Source: an uncultured Poribacteria bacterium
GTDB lineage: Bacteria > Poribacteria > WGA-4E > WGA-3G
Length of the DNA stretch: 64,000 bases
Direction: 5' to 3'
Assembly (NCBI GenBank): GCA_958296135.2
Contig: CATQHZ020000001.1
Coordinates: forward strand, 2,432,001 to 2,496,000
In this document: piece after piece, positions 9,445-19,018 of the stretch
Layout of the letters: every line of letters starts with the position of its first letter
How positions within the stretch are numbered: the first letter of the stretch is position 1
Made by a program: the position numbers and the translations under genes
Notes under the pieces: model-generated
Told to the model about the DNA's origin: nothing
The model's database searches: none
What the model saw: only the letters and a program-made list of their open reading frames with translations

Positions 9445-12237
9445 CTACTTCAAAATCACCATGCGGCGCGTGGTTTGGAAATCGCCAGCGGTAAAGGTGT
9501 AAAAATAGATACCGCTCGCGACGCGGTTCCCGGATTCATCTTTGCCATCCCAATAGGCCGCCTTCTCGCGGCTCCGATAGCTGCCCGGCACCTGTAACCC
9601 GATATCCAAGTGGCGCACCAGCCGCCCATGAACATCGTAGATATGCACCGTCACCGCCGCCGGTTCTGCCAAATGGTAGGGGAGCCACGTTTCAGGGTTG
9701 AAAGGATTCGGATAATTTTGGAAAATGGTAGTCTGTTTGATGCGGCCGAGGGTGGTGAGCGTCCGATCGGCGGCATCGACAGAAAAAGGAATCTCCTCGG
9801 AACGGAACCCGAGGTCGATCGGGTTATAGATGAAGGCGGAACCAGCATTATCGCCCGCGCTATCGTTGCCAGCAGAACCAACGATAGCAAACGCGCCGCG
9901 GATAGCGACCGAGGCACCGAACCGATCTGACCGGTGCGTCCCACTCGCAACGATGCGCCGTTTCTGCACCCACGACAAGTCTTCCCGTAAAAAGGAGTAA
10001 GCGGAGCCTTTGTCAACCTCAACACTCGGGTCAATCCCTTCGCCAAGTGGATGGTCATCCTTCCACGCGCCGACAAGGGCGGTGCCTTCATGAATGGCAA
10101 CAGCGGAGCCGAATTCATCCCCCGCTTCGCCATCAACCGCGGCAAGTTTCGCCTGTTGCACCCACGTGGTGTTCGTTTTGACAAAAATGTAGGCGGCACC
10201 CATGTCCTCTTCACGCCGGTCCTCTTTGGGAGCACCGATGATGGCGGCATCTTCTGTCAAAGCCACCGCATAGCCGAATGCATCGCCGACACCAATATCG
10301 TTTGGAATGAGGACGAGCTCTTCTCCCCATGAATTGCCGCTGCGGGTAAAGAGATACACCACGCCGGAATCGGGGCCCGTCGCATCGCTCAAAGGCACGC
10401 CGGCGAGGACGGTATCGCCATGGACAGCAACAGAGAAACCAAACAGGTCACCTTGCAAGGCATTTCGATGCGTCAGTTTCGCCTGTTGCGCCCAGTTCGT
10501 GCCGTTTCGGACAAAAACGTAGACAGCACCGGCATCAGGACCCGCATCACCTTTCCCATACGCGCCAATGACGACGGTGTTTTCATGCACGGCGACGCTT
10601 GAACCGAACCGGTCGAAAATGCCGATATCTGCGCCGATTAACTTTGCTTGTTGAATCCACTCGTCGCCCGCGCGGACGAAAACGTAGGCTGCACCAGCAT
10701 CCGGGCCTGCATCATCAACACCGATGGCACCGATAACGACGGTGTCCGCATCAAGCGCGATGGCACTCCCAAACAGATCCCCCGGCTGCGCATCGTCAGC
10801 GGTGAGTTTCGCGCGTTGGAGCCACAGCGAACTGCTCCGCTCAAAAACATAAGCAGCCCCAGCGTTCGGCGCGACATCGTCATCTTGCTGCGCCCCAGAA
10901 ATGGCGATATTGCCGCTGATTGCAACAGCTATCCCAAACTGGTCTTCGGAGGCAGTTTCGCCATCGCTCAACTTAGTCGTTTCTACCCACGCCGCGTCCT
11001 CCCGCTGTTGAAAAATATAGGCAGCACCGGAGGCGAGGCCCCCCGCGCTGTGCTTCGGCGCGCCTGTGATGACTTCGCCACCACTAATGGCTACCGAAAA
11101 TCCCACCTGGTCGCCAGCACGTCTATCACCAACGGTGAGTTTCGTGTGTTGGTTCCAAAACGGAGGCGCATTGCGCGTGAAGATGTAGGCTGCACCGACC
11201 GGTTCCTCGCCGACAATGCCGCCGGTCGCACCGATGACAACTACCTCCCCCTCAATCGCAACGGAAGCACCGAAGCCGGTCGCGCCTTCCGGATCGATGG
11301 GAATCATGCGGATGCGGACGTTGTTTCTCTGCTGCACCCATCGCTCCCCATTGCGCTGAAAAATATAAACCGCACCGCTACTTTGAAAGCCCCGACTCTT
11401 ATTATACGGCGAACTCACAATCACAAAATCGCCATCAACGTCCACTGCATATCCGAACCTATCATCCTCTCTGGTATTGTTGCCGATGAGTTTTGCTTGG
11501 TGTATCCACCCGAATCCAGTCCGAATAAAAACGTGGGCGGCACCTGCATCGATGCCCTCCTCTTTATCACGAATCGCCCCGACGATGGCCGTATCAGCAT
11601 CTAGCCCAACAGAAAAGCCGAAGAATAAGAAATGGGCTGCATCAGGGGCAGTGAGTTTCGCTGTCTGATTCCAGACAGCACCGGTGCGTTCAAAAACGTA
11701 GACAGCACCGGAATCGGCAAACTTCGCAGAATTCGCGCGATGCGCACCGACGAGGACGGTATTATCATCTATCGCGACAGAGATACCAAAATAGTCACCG
11801 CGCGTCTCATCGGATGCGAGGAGCTTCGCCTGCTCCACCCACTCCGTGCCTTGACGGACAAAAATGTAGACAGCACCGGAACGTCTCCCAACTCCCGATT
11901 TCTTCGGAGCACCTACGACAGCGTAATTGCGACTCATCGAAAGAGTCGCGCCAAATTCATCGTTATCCAACGCATCACTGGCATGCAGTTTCTGATGCTG
12001 CACCCACCCAGTCTCGCTTCGGAAGAAGACTTGGACTGAACCCGCGTTTCTGCCGTTATCGGTATCATCTTTCGGCACGCCGACAAGCGCGTAATCGCCG
12101 CTGATACCGACGCTCGCGCCGAGATTGTCGTGGATGACAGCCGCGCTAGTGTTGAGTTGCACCCGGTCCGCGCCGCTGTGCGTCGCGAAACCGATGCCTA
12201 AAAAAACGATAAGTATCGCCGTTTGCAGTCTATTCAC
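9445..12237 (-). CDS. Secreted FG-GAP repeat protein with NYPNPFNPETW C-terminal domain
   Basis: GTG 12237 after a GGAGG RBS, signal peptide, many FG.SVA...VGA...GAAYVF repeats, QNYPNPFNPETWLPY tail. Confidence 0.9.
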   Translation of the reverse strand: MNRLQTAILIVFLGIGFATHSGADRVQLNTSAAVIHDNLGASVGISGDYALVGVPKDDTDNGRNAGSVQVFFRSETGWVQHQKLHASDALDNDEFGATLSMSRNYAVVGAPKKSGVGRRSGAVYIFVRQGTEWVEQAKLLASDETRGDYFGISVAIDDNTVLVGAHRANSAKFADSGAVYVFERTGAVWNQTAKLTAPDAAHFLFFGFSVGLDADTAIVGAIRDKEEGIDAGAAHVFIRTGFGWIHQAKLIGNNTREDDRFGYAVDVDGDFVIVSSPYNKSRGFQSSGAVYIFQRNGERWVQQRNNVRIRMIPIDPEGATGFGASVAIEGEVVVIGATGGIVGEEPVGAAYIFTRNAPPFWNQHTKLTVGDRRAGDQVGFSVAISGGEVITGAPKHSAGGLASGAAYIFQQREDAAWVETTKLSDGETASEDQFGIAVAISGNIAISGAQQDDDVAPNAGAAYVFERSSSLWLQRAKLTADDAQPGDLFGSAIALDADTVVIGAIGVDDAGPDAGAAYVFVRAGDEWIQQAKLIGADIGIFDRFGSSVAVHENTVVIGAYGKGDAGPDAGAVYVFVRNGTNWAQQAKLTHRNALQGDLFGFSVAVHGDTVLAGVPLSDATGPDSGVVYLFTRSGNSWGEELVLIPNDIGVGDAFGYAVALTEDAAIIGAPKEDRREEDMGAAYIFVKTNTTWVQQAKLAAVDGEAGDEFGSAVAIHEGTALVGAWKDDHPLGEGIDPSVEVDKGSAYSFLREDLSWVQKRRIVASGTHRSDRFGASVAIRGAFAIVGSAGNDSAGDNAGSAFIYNPIDLGFRSEEIPFSVDAADRTLTTLGRIKQTTIFQNYPNPFNPETWLPYHLAEPAAVTVHIYDVHGRLVRHLDIGLQVPGSYRSREKAAYWDGKDESGNRVASGIYFYTFTAGDFQTTRRMVILK

Positions 12238-12859
12238 GTTCGCCTCCTGCCGTGAGTTGACAAATCTTCTGTCCCTTATCATCGCCATACCACAAGTGGG
12301 TGCCATCCCATGTGAGCCCGTGCGGTTCAGTAGGACAGGAGACTGCGTCCAAAACTTCGCCGGTATCCGGATGGACGCGGTAAATTGCCCAATCATTGGT
12401 ATCCACGTTCCAGAGTGCTTCGCCATCCCAAGCGAGGCCATGCGCGCGGCCACCGGGGGTCGCGAGTTCCGCGAGGATTTCTCCGGTTTTTGGACACTGC
12501 TTCACGAAACGGCTCGTGTTCATGTCCACACTCCAAAGATGCTCGCCATCCCACGCTAATCCGTGCGGCCCCTCCCCAGGCGATGGAAAGGTGGTGACGA
12601 CTTCTAAGGCCGGCACCGATAATTTGTAAAAAGTCTGTTGCCAGATGCTATTATACCAGAGATGTTCACCATCCGATTCCAACCCCGAACTGCCCGGATA
12701 CGGCGGCGTAAGCGTCAGTAAAACTTCCCCGGTTTCCGGTTCGATTTTGTGGATGGGGCCAACTCCCTCAACACTCCATAGGACTTCCCCTTGCCATGCG
12801 AGCCCGTTAGTGCCGGCACCGGGAGCAGCAAATTGATGTGCAACGATTCCTTTCCGCAT
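12230..12859 (-). CDS. Beta-propeller protein (glutaminyl cyclase/YncE-like repeats)
   Basis: Five (H)GL(A/T)WDGxxLW-type repeats. Confidence 0.7.
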   Translation of the reverse strand: MRKGIVAHQFAAPGAGTNGLAWQGEVLWSVEGVGPIHKIEPETGEVLLTLTPPYPGSSGLESDGEHLWYNSIWQQTFYKLSVPALEVVTTFPSPGEGPHGLAWDGEHLWSVDMNTSRFVKQCPKTGEILAELATPGGRAHGLAWDGEALWNVDTNDWAIYRVHPDTGEVLDAVSCPTEPHGLTWDGTHLWYGDDKGQKICQLTAGGERE

Positions 12860-12877
12860 TTTTTTATCCTCCGCGTC

Positions 12878-14098
12878 CTATAAACGAGCCAATGCCTCCT
12901 GAATTTCCGTGATAACCCCCGGTTCGTCTTCAACGGCTAACCGAGTCTTTAATAGCCGCACGGCAGTCTCACCACCAATCTGCCCGACTGCCCACGCTGC
13001 GTGCCCTCGAATGAGGGGTTCATCGTCAGCTAACGCTATTTTAAGTGCAGGCAGCGCGGCACGCGCACCCCAATTGCCGATAGCCACCAGCACATTCCGC
13101 AGAAATCCCCGGCGCTTGGCACGCTTGATAGGACTCCCCTTAAACCGACTGCTGAACTCCACCTGTGTCATGTTGACAAGCGAAAGCAGCTCCGGCGCGA
13201 GATTACCCGCGCGCGGATAAAACGCCTGTTCAGTTGTAGGCATCGCCTTGCTGTTCCACGGGCAAACCTCTTGGCAGATGTCGCATCCAAAAATGAGGTT
13301 GCCCATCTTCGGGCGAAGTTCCATCGGGACGCTCTCCTTCAGTTCTATCGTAAGATAGGAGATGCACAACCGTGAATCCAAGACGTTCGGTGCAACAATA
13401 GCGTCTGTCGGGCAGGCCTCGATGCATCGCGTGCAGGTACCGCAGCTGCCTCGTGGCAGCGTGGCATGGCGAGGCACAGTCCCTCGCCCTACGGGAAAAT
13501 CGGGTACCTCTGTCGATTCTAACGGGACATTGACAAGCACCTCCGCGAGGAAATACCATGAACCGGAACGCCAATTGATAAGATTCGTATTCTTGCCTAT
13601 CCAACCGAGCCCAGCTTTTTGTGCGTATTCTCTCTCCAGAATCGGGGCAGTATCCACGCAAACCCGCGATGTGTATCCCGTTTCAGACAGCGTGCATCTC
13701 ATAAATTCGACAAGGTGTCGAAGGCGTTCCCGGATAACGTCGTGATAGTCGTCGCCCCATGCATAGCGTGAAATTTGCCCGCACCCCGGGTCTGTCGCGA
13801 GGGACTCGGGGGTATCCAGCGTGTAATAGTTCATCGCGAGACTAATGACAGACTTCGCCTCTGCGAGGAGCCGCCTCGGGTCTTCCTTGAGCGGCAAATG
13901 CTTTTCAAGGTAGTCCATTTTTCCGGCGTATCCGTTTTCAATCCAATCGCGATAACGCTGGAGCGTTTGACTTTGTGCCGCCGGTGTAACTCCGACGAGT
14001 GCGAAACCGAGTTCGTGGGCGCGCGTCTGGATCTGTTGAGTCAACGAGATTTTTTGTTGCAATCTGATTTCCCCCAGCTTTTTGTGCAACTGCAACAT
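12878..14098 (-). CDS. queG: tRNA epoxyqueuosine(34) reductase
   Basis: ISRYAWGDDYH, VDTAPILER, GWIGKN, CGTCTRCIEACPT, GCDICQEVCPWN, HEAT-like tail. Exact start uncertain. Confidence 0.93.
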   Translation of the reverse strand: MLQLHKKLGEIRLQQKISLTQQIQTRAHELGFALVGVTPAAQSQTLQRYRDWIENGYAGKMDYLEKHLPLKEDPRRLLAEAKSVISLAMNYYTLDTPESLATDPGCGQISRYAWGDDYHDVIRERLRHLVEFMRCTLSETGYTSRVCVDTAPILEREYAQKAGLGWIGKNTNLINWRSGSWYFLAEVLVNVPLESTEVPDFPVGRGTVPRHATLPRGSCGTCTRCIEACPTDAIVAPNVLDSRLCISYLTIELKESVPMELRPKMGNLIFGCDICQEVCPWNSKAMPTTEQAFYPRAGNLAPELLSLVNMTQVEFSSRFKGSPIKRAKRRGFLRNVLVAIGNWGARAALPALKIALADDEPLIRGHAAWAVGQIGGETAVRLLKTRLAVEDEPGVITEIQEALARL

Positions 14099-14121
14099 GG
14101 CGAGGGGGGCAGGCCCTCACC

Positions 14122-15222
14122 CTACGAACCACGGAAAGAACCGCGCGGATATGAACCCAGAATCTTGACACTCCGACACAAACCTTCAAGTTGCTCTAAT
14201 GCGGAGCAGACCTTTGGCTCGGCGACATGTCCATCCATCTCCACAAAGAAAATATACTCCCACGGTTCGGCGCGCGAAGGCAAAGACGCTAGGTAACTCA
14301 TATTGAGTCCATGTTTCTTTAAAATGCCGAGGACCTGATACAGCGCGCCGACTTTATCGCGAATCGCGAAGAAGAGCGATGTCCGGTCTGCCCCGCTTGG
14401 CTGCGCCTCACACTCGCCGATAACGAAGAACCGGGTGGTATTGTTCGGCTCATCCATGATGGAATCGGCGACGATTGGCACCTGATAAATGTCGCTAGCC
14501 AGGCTGCTGGCGATGGCACCCGCCATCGGTTCCGCCGCCGCACGCTGCGCCGCCACAGAAGTGCTGACAACCTCTACCTGCTCCACCGCTGTCATAAACC
14601 GGTTTAACCAGATGCGGCATTGCGCGAACGGCTGCCGATGCGAGTAAAGCCGCCGGATTTCCGCCAACGGTGACATGGAAAGCAGATGCTGTTTGACCGG
14701 TTGATAAACCTCGGCGCAAATTTTCAACGGAGTGCGTTGGAAACGTTCCAACACATCGCGCACCGTGCCCTGAACGGAGTTTTCAATCGCCACTACGCCA
14801 AAGTCCGCACGCCCAGCTTCGACCTCGGTGAAGATGTCGGCTTGCGGCTGCACCGGTATGAGCGCAACCGAGGAACCGAAATGGCATAAACTCGCGAGAT
14901 GTCCAAAACTACCGACGGGGCCAAGGAACGCCACCCGTTCCGGTGCTTGCAGCGCACGTGAAGCGGACAAAATCTCTGTCCAGACTGCCTCCACCGCGGC
15001 ATCTGAAAATGTCCCGTGGGCACCGTGGCTTCGGTTGCGCGCTTTCAAGCGTTCAATTACTTCCCGGTGGCGATGGGGGACGTAGACATTTGACGTACCG
15101 GTTTCTGTTTTAAAGGCACCTACCTGCTTAGAAATCTCCGCGCGTTTTTGCAACAGAGATAAAATCCGGTCGTCGATGTCGTTAATTGCATCGCGATAAT
15201 TTTCGAGTTCGGAATTTTTCAT
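14122..15222 (-). CDS. pheA: Chorismate mutase / prephenate dehydratase (P-protein)
   Basis: N-terminal CM_2 domain, VAFLGP.GSF, IENS, NTTRF, ACT domain with WEYIFFVE and ILGSYP. Confidence 0.93.
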   Translation of the reverse strand: MKNSELENYRDAINDIDDRILSLLQKRAEISKQVGAFKTETGTSNVYVPHRHREVIERLKARNRSHGAHGTFSDAAVEAVWTEILSASRALQAPERVAFLGPVGSFGHLASLCHFGSSVALIPVQPQADIFTEVEAGRADFGVVAIENSVQGTVRDVLERFQRTPLKICAEVYQPVKQHLLSMSPLAEIRRLYSHRQPFAQCRIWLNRFMTAVEQVEVVSTSVAAQRAAAEPMAGAIASSLASDIYQVPIVADSIMDEPNNTTRFFVIGECEAQPSGADRTSLFFAIRDKVGALYQVLGILKKHGLNMSYLASLPSRAEPWEYIFFVEMDGHVAEPKVCSALEQLEGLCRSVKILGSYPRGSFRGS

Positions 15223-15340
15223 CGTGCTCGCAGTATGACGAGGGACAACTTCCCCTCGCCCAACGATTCAGTGCGGCACGGCGAGGGACAGGTGCTCCCT
15301 CGCCCTACCGATAACAGGCGGATATGAACGACATCCACCT

Positions 15341-15586
15341 CTACGAGTTGAGTTGCCGCATAGCGGCAATCATCTCATCGTCTGAGGGGTTGTTTTGCAC
15401 CATATCAACGAACGCCTCAGCAGTTAACTTGTGTTCCTCCAGGAACATCTTGTCCTGTGGTCACGGGTAGATATAATCGCCGATGATGCCCTGCAGCCTG
15501 GCGTTGGCTTTATCGGCGATTCGGGCTAACCACGGGATGTTCCCGATGATCATATCCCGGTGCCTCGGTTTCCAATCAAGTGCCAT
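15341..15586 (-). CDS. Putative selenoprotein, DUF5069-like (81 aa, Sec at codon 42)
   Basis: Not in the ORF track. AGGAGG RBS then MALDWKPRHRDMIIGNIPWLARIADKANARLQGIIGDYIYP-(TGA 15463-15461)-PQDKMFLEEHKLTAEAFVDMVQNNPSDDEMIAAMRQLNS-TAG. The TGA sits at the Cys of the recalled GEYIYPCP.D motif. Confidence 0.82.
15432..15447 (-). promoter_or_regulatory. Bacterial SECIS-like hairpin
   Basis: UGUUCC-UGGA-GGAACA, starts 13 nt after the UGA, G at loop position 2. Confidence 0.7.
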
Positions 15587-15695
15587 AGTTTGCACCTCCT
15601 ATAAGGTAGGCGGATTATAGACTCTGCCTACCGGGTATTCCGTAGGCGCGGTTTCCAACCGCGCACGGATAACTCAGAAATTCCATAAGCGTGGT

Positions 15696-18600
15696 TTATT
15701 GTGCGTTTTCCTCAAGCCGCCTCAAAGTTTGCTCTAAAAGCCTGAGGTAGCGGCCGTATTCTGCCCACTTCCCGGCCCGCTGCGCGGTTTGCGCCTGCTT
15801 CAAATAGGTATTCGCCTGCTCAACGAGGCCACGCGCAGACGTTTCGCCAATAGGCTCTCCGGCACCCTCTGCCGCAGGCAGCATCGCGTCGGAAGCAGCC
15901 GGGGTATCCACGCCGAACATCTTGATGAGTGCCGCGTCAAAACTTTCACCCCAGACAACATTCTCTTTGTAACCGACAACAACGCGCCGCAACTCAGGAA
16001 TCGCTGTCTTCTCATCTTCCGACTGGATATAGATGGGTTCGACGTAAAGGAGCGAGTTGTTCATCGGCAGAATCAGCAGATTGCCGCGGAGAACACGTGA
16101 ACCTTGCGTATTCCATAGGCTGATCTGCTGCGAGATGTCGGGCTCCTGGCTAATGAAGTTTTCCACCTGCATCGGCCCCGGCACCAATTTCCCTTTCGGA
16201 AAGCGGTAGACAAGAAGCTGCCCGTATTGCGGCAGATCGCACCGCGCCGCCAACCATGCAGTCAGGTTCGGTTTGTTCCGCGGCGTAAACGGCAACATCA
16301 ACATGAATTCCGCCTTCTCCTGCCCTGGCAGCCGGATAACCACATAGTAGGGTTCAACGTCCTGAACGTTTGAGGGTGAACTTTGAACCACCGGGCGTTG
16401 CGGCGCAAACGGACCCGCTTGCTGCTGCGGCGCAATTTGCCGAGATTGCGAATCAGTGTTGTCATACAACTCTCTACCGATTTCCCACTGGTCCTCGCCC
16501 GCATAGAACGTGACCGGGTCTTTCATGTGGTAGTCTCGATAGACGTTGGCCTGGATAAGGAACATCCCCATCGGATAACGGATATGCGCTTTTAACTCCG
16601 AAGGCATTTCCTCAAACGATTTGAATAGATTCGGAAAGATTCTGTCGTAGCATGCCGCAATCGGGTCCTGCTCCTGCTCAACCCGGTAAAAATCAACCGT
16701 GCCATCATACGCATCAACGACGACTTTCACCGAATTTCGGATGTAGTTCCCCCACGGCTCACCGTCCCGCCGTGTCGGCGGCACAGGCCCTACAGTCCGC
16801 CGACGCGGCGTAAGTTCTCTCATCGAGAGCGAATAGGGATACCGGTGCGTGACAGTGTAGGCATCAATCATCCAAACCAGCCTGCCATTGTGTAGAATGA
16901 TATAAGGGTCTCCATCATAGCGTAAGAAGGGCGCGATTTTATGGACGCGCCTCTTGATATGCCGTTCATAGAGAACCCGACTCGTCGGCGTAATCTCGCC
17001 CGGCAGGATAAAGTTGATCTGCGTATCAAACTTCAACATGTAGACGAATTTGCGCCAGAACGACGTGAGCGGCACGCCGCCTTTGCCCTGATACGCGTTC
17101 ATGGCGTATCGCTGTCCCTCTTGCGGGTAATCAAATTCTAATGCCTCCGCCCGGTCCGGATGCACGATGACATACCGGTCGGTGCGTTCACCGTAGTAGA
17201 TACGCGGACCGGGCTCATCGTTGAAGCGGTGCGGCCAGTCCGGTGCATAGTCAATCGGCGGCAAGCCTTGAATGGACATGTTCGGTTTGCCGTTATCGAT
17301 CTCATTGACAGGACTCAAGACCGCGCCATACCCATGCGTATAGGTGTAAGTCTGCTTATACCAATCATTTCTTATCTCCGTAGGGAGTTCGTTGATGTTG
17401 AGCTCGCGCGCAGACAACATCACCTGCCGAATTTCATCGTCAATAGGATACCGGTCGATATCCACATCGTAGAAGTCATACTGCGAACGTAACTCTTGCA
17501 ACTGCCGGAAGGTTCTGCGCAACGGCCGCCAATCCCAAAGGCGAATGCTGTTAATAACCGGGGCGTTCTCAGGGCCCGTGATGTCGCTATAAGCGAGCTC
17601 CTCTGTGAGCGGATATTCCTTTTCGGTTACGGTGCTCCCCTCTAAGCCGTAAGCTTGGAGCGTCGCCTTGATGTTATAGTTGATAAACTCGGGCTCCAAC
17701 TCCTGTTTTCTCGGTTCAACCTGCCATGTCTGGACAAGCGTCGGGTAGAGCTGGCCGAGGACACCCGCAACGATAAAGACAGCAAACGCGCCGAAGGCAA
17801 CCCTGGTCCGCCGCAAGAAGATGCTAATGAAGAACACCAAGGCGCACAGCACTGTGAGCCCAAGCAACAGGTATAAAATCGGCAGGCGCGCGTGCATCGC
17901 CGCATATCCACCACCGGCACGCACCACATCGTTTGACGTATAGAGCAGATCGAACATGGCGAAGCGGTAGTTCCAGGCGCGAAATAGCAGCGTGACAGCA
18001 ACAAGGACGAACAGATGCGCTTTCACCGCAGGCGGCGGACGAAACCGGAGTTGGTTCGTATCGCCGGTGATGAGCCCGTGGAAAAAGTAGATGACGACAG
18101 AAAATATCGTCACTAACAAAAACATCCCGAAGAACGTCCCGCAAATGTACCGCTCCAACGGCATTTTAAAGACGTAGTAGGCGACATCCTTGTTGAAAAT
18201 CGGGTCGCGAGCGACTGACGTGAACGATGCTTCTTGCCCGGCCTCTACCTGGATAGTCGTATTCAGACGGAGCCCGTTTTCTAGCAACGCTTCCACGCGC
18301 GCTGTCTGGTTGTTTCCATCAACTCGAACGTTGATTTCATCGCCGACCTGGAGGTTCTTCGCTTGTAGTTCCAGTGGAGCAACTGGCACCTCAGCGGAAT
18401 TGAGAGAATCGGGTCCAGAGCTCCCCCCTACAAGGATAGGTGTAGCTGTTTGGAACTCAAGTCCATCGGCGTTCCGATAACGCAGCCAGAGCTCCCACCG
18501 GTCGCTGGCGGCATAACCCATGAAGATACTGAAGAGAACGGCGAGTAGTGCCAGCCCGCCGTAAATGAGTTTGCGCGTGTCGCCTCCACTTCCAAGCGAA

Positions 18601-18881
18601 CCGCCGGTGAATTCTGTGCCGCCCATAAAAGCGGGGCTCAGATGCGCCGGTGTGAACCGATAGAGGAGCGCGAGGTTCACCAACAGAATTATCGCATAGA
18701 CAAGCCCGACAAGCACCCCCATGCCGATTTGAGTCCACAGAATTTTGGCGTAAACCTCAAAGTAGTTCACCATCTCAAACCAGAGGAAATCGGGATAGAT
18801 GTTAATCCACGCGGCGAGACTACCGACGAGCACCGCGAGAATAATGATTGTGATAAAAGAACGTTTCATGCGTGAGTCCAT
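15696..18881 (-). CDS. UPF0182 family membrane protein
   Basis: DFLWF, DPIFNKDVAYYVF, IRLWDWRP, YTHGYG, NYIRNSVKVVVDAYDG, LLYVEPIY, IPELRRV. Confidence 0.93.
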   Translation of the reverse strand: MDSRMKRSFITIIILAVLVGSLAAWINIYPDFLWFEMVNYFEVYAKILWTQIGMGVLVGLVYAIILLVNLALLYRFTPAHLSPAFMGGTEFTGGSLGSGGDTRKLIYGGLALLAVLFSIFMGYAASDRWELWLRYRNADGLEFQTATPILVGGSSGPDSLNSAEVPVAPLELQAKNLQVGDEINVRVDGNNQTARVEALLENGLRLNTTIQVEAGQEASFTSVARDPIFNKDVAYYVFKMPLERYICGTFFGMFLLVTIFSVVIYFFHGLITGDTNQLRFRPPPAVKAHLFVLVAVTLLFRAWNYRFAMFDLLYTSNDVVRAGGGYAAMHARLPILYLLLGLTVLCALVFFISIFLRRTRVAFGAFAVFIVAGVLGQLYPTLVQTWQVEPRKQELEPEFINYNIKATLQAYGLEGSTVTEKEYPLTEELAYSDITGPENAPVINSIRLWDWRPLRRTFRQLQELRSQYDFYDVDIDRYPIDDEIRQVMLSARELNINELPTEIRNDWYKQTYTYTHGYGAVLSPVNEIDNGKPNMSIQGLPPIDYAPDWPHRFNDEPGPRIYYGERTDRYVIVHPDRAEALEFDYPQEGQRYAMNAYQGKGGVPLTSFWRKFVYMLKFDTQINFILPGEITPTSRVLYERHIKRRVHKIAPFLRYDGDPYIILHNGRLVWMIDAYTVTHRYPYSLSMRELTPRRRTVGPVPPTRRDGEPWGNYIRNSVKVVVDAYDGTVDFYRVEQEQDPIAACYDRIFPNLFKSFEEMPSELKAHIRYPMGMFLIQANVYRDYHMKDPVTFYAGEDQWEIGRELYDNTDSQSRQIAPQQQAGPFAPQRPVVQSSPSNVQDVEPYYVVIRLPGQEKAEFMLMLPFTPRNKPNLTAWLAARCDLPQYGQLLVYRFPKGKLVPGPMQVENFISQEPDISQQISLWNTQGSRVLRGNLLILPMNNSLLYVEPIYIQSEDEKTAIPELRRVVVGYKENVVWGESFDAALIKMFGVDTPAASDAMLPAAEGAGEPIGETSARGLVEQANTYLKQAQTAQRAGKWAEYGRYLRLLEQTLRRLEENAQ

Positions 18882-19018
18882 ATTTCTCCTATAAGCATTT
18901 TTAACACAGACGCAGAACGAACCCGGTAGGTGCGGCTTGCAACCGCGCAGGCTTCAGGCAAGCACGCAGACAACGCGCGCCTACCGGCACTTATGCATCT
19001 TGCCTCTGCCTCCTGCAT

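Noticed and set aside
15008-15035. Possible REP-derived insert RSHGAHGTF in PheA
   Set aside because: Too short and degenerate to assign to a repeat family seen in this window.
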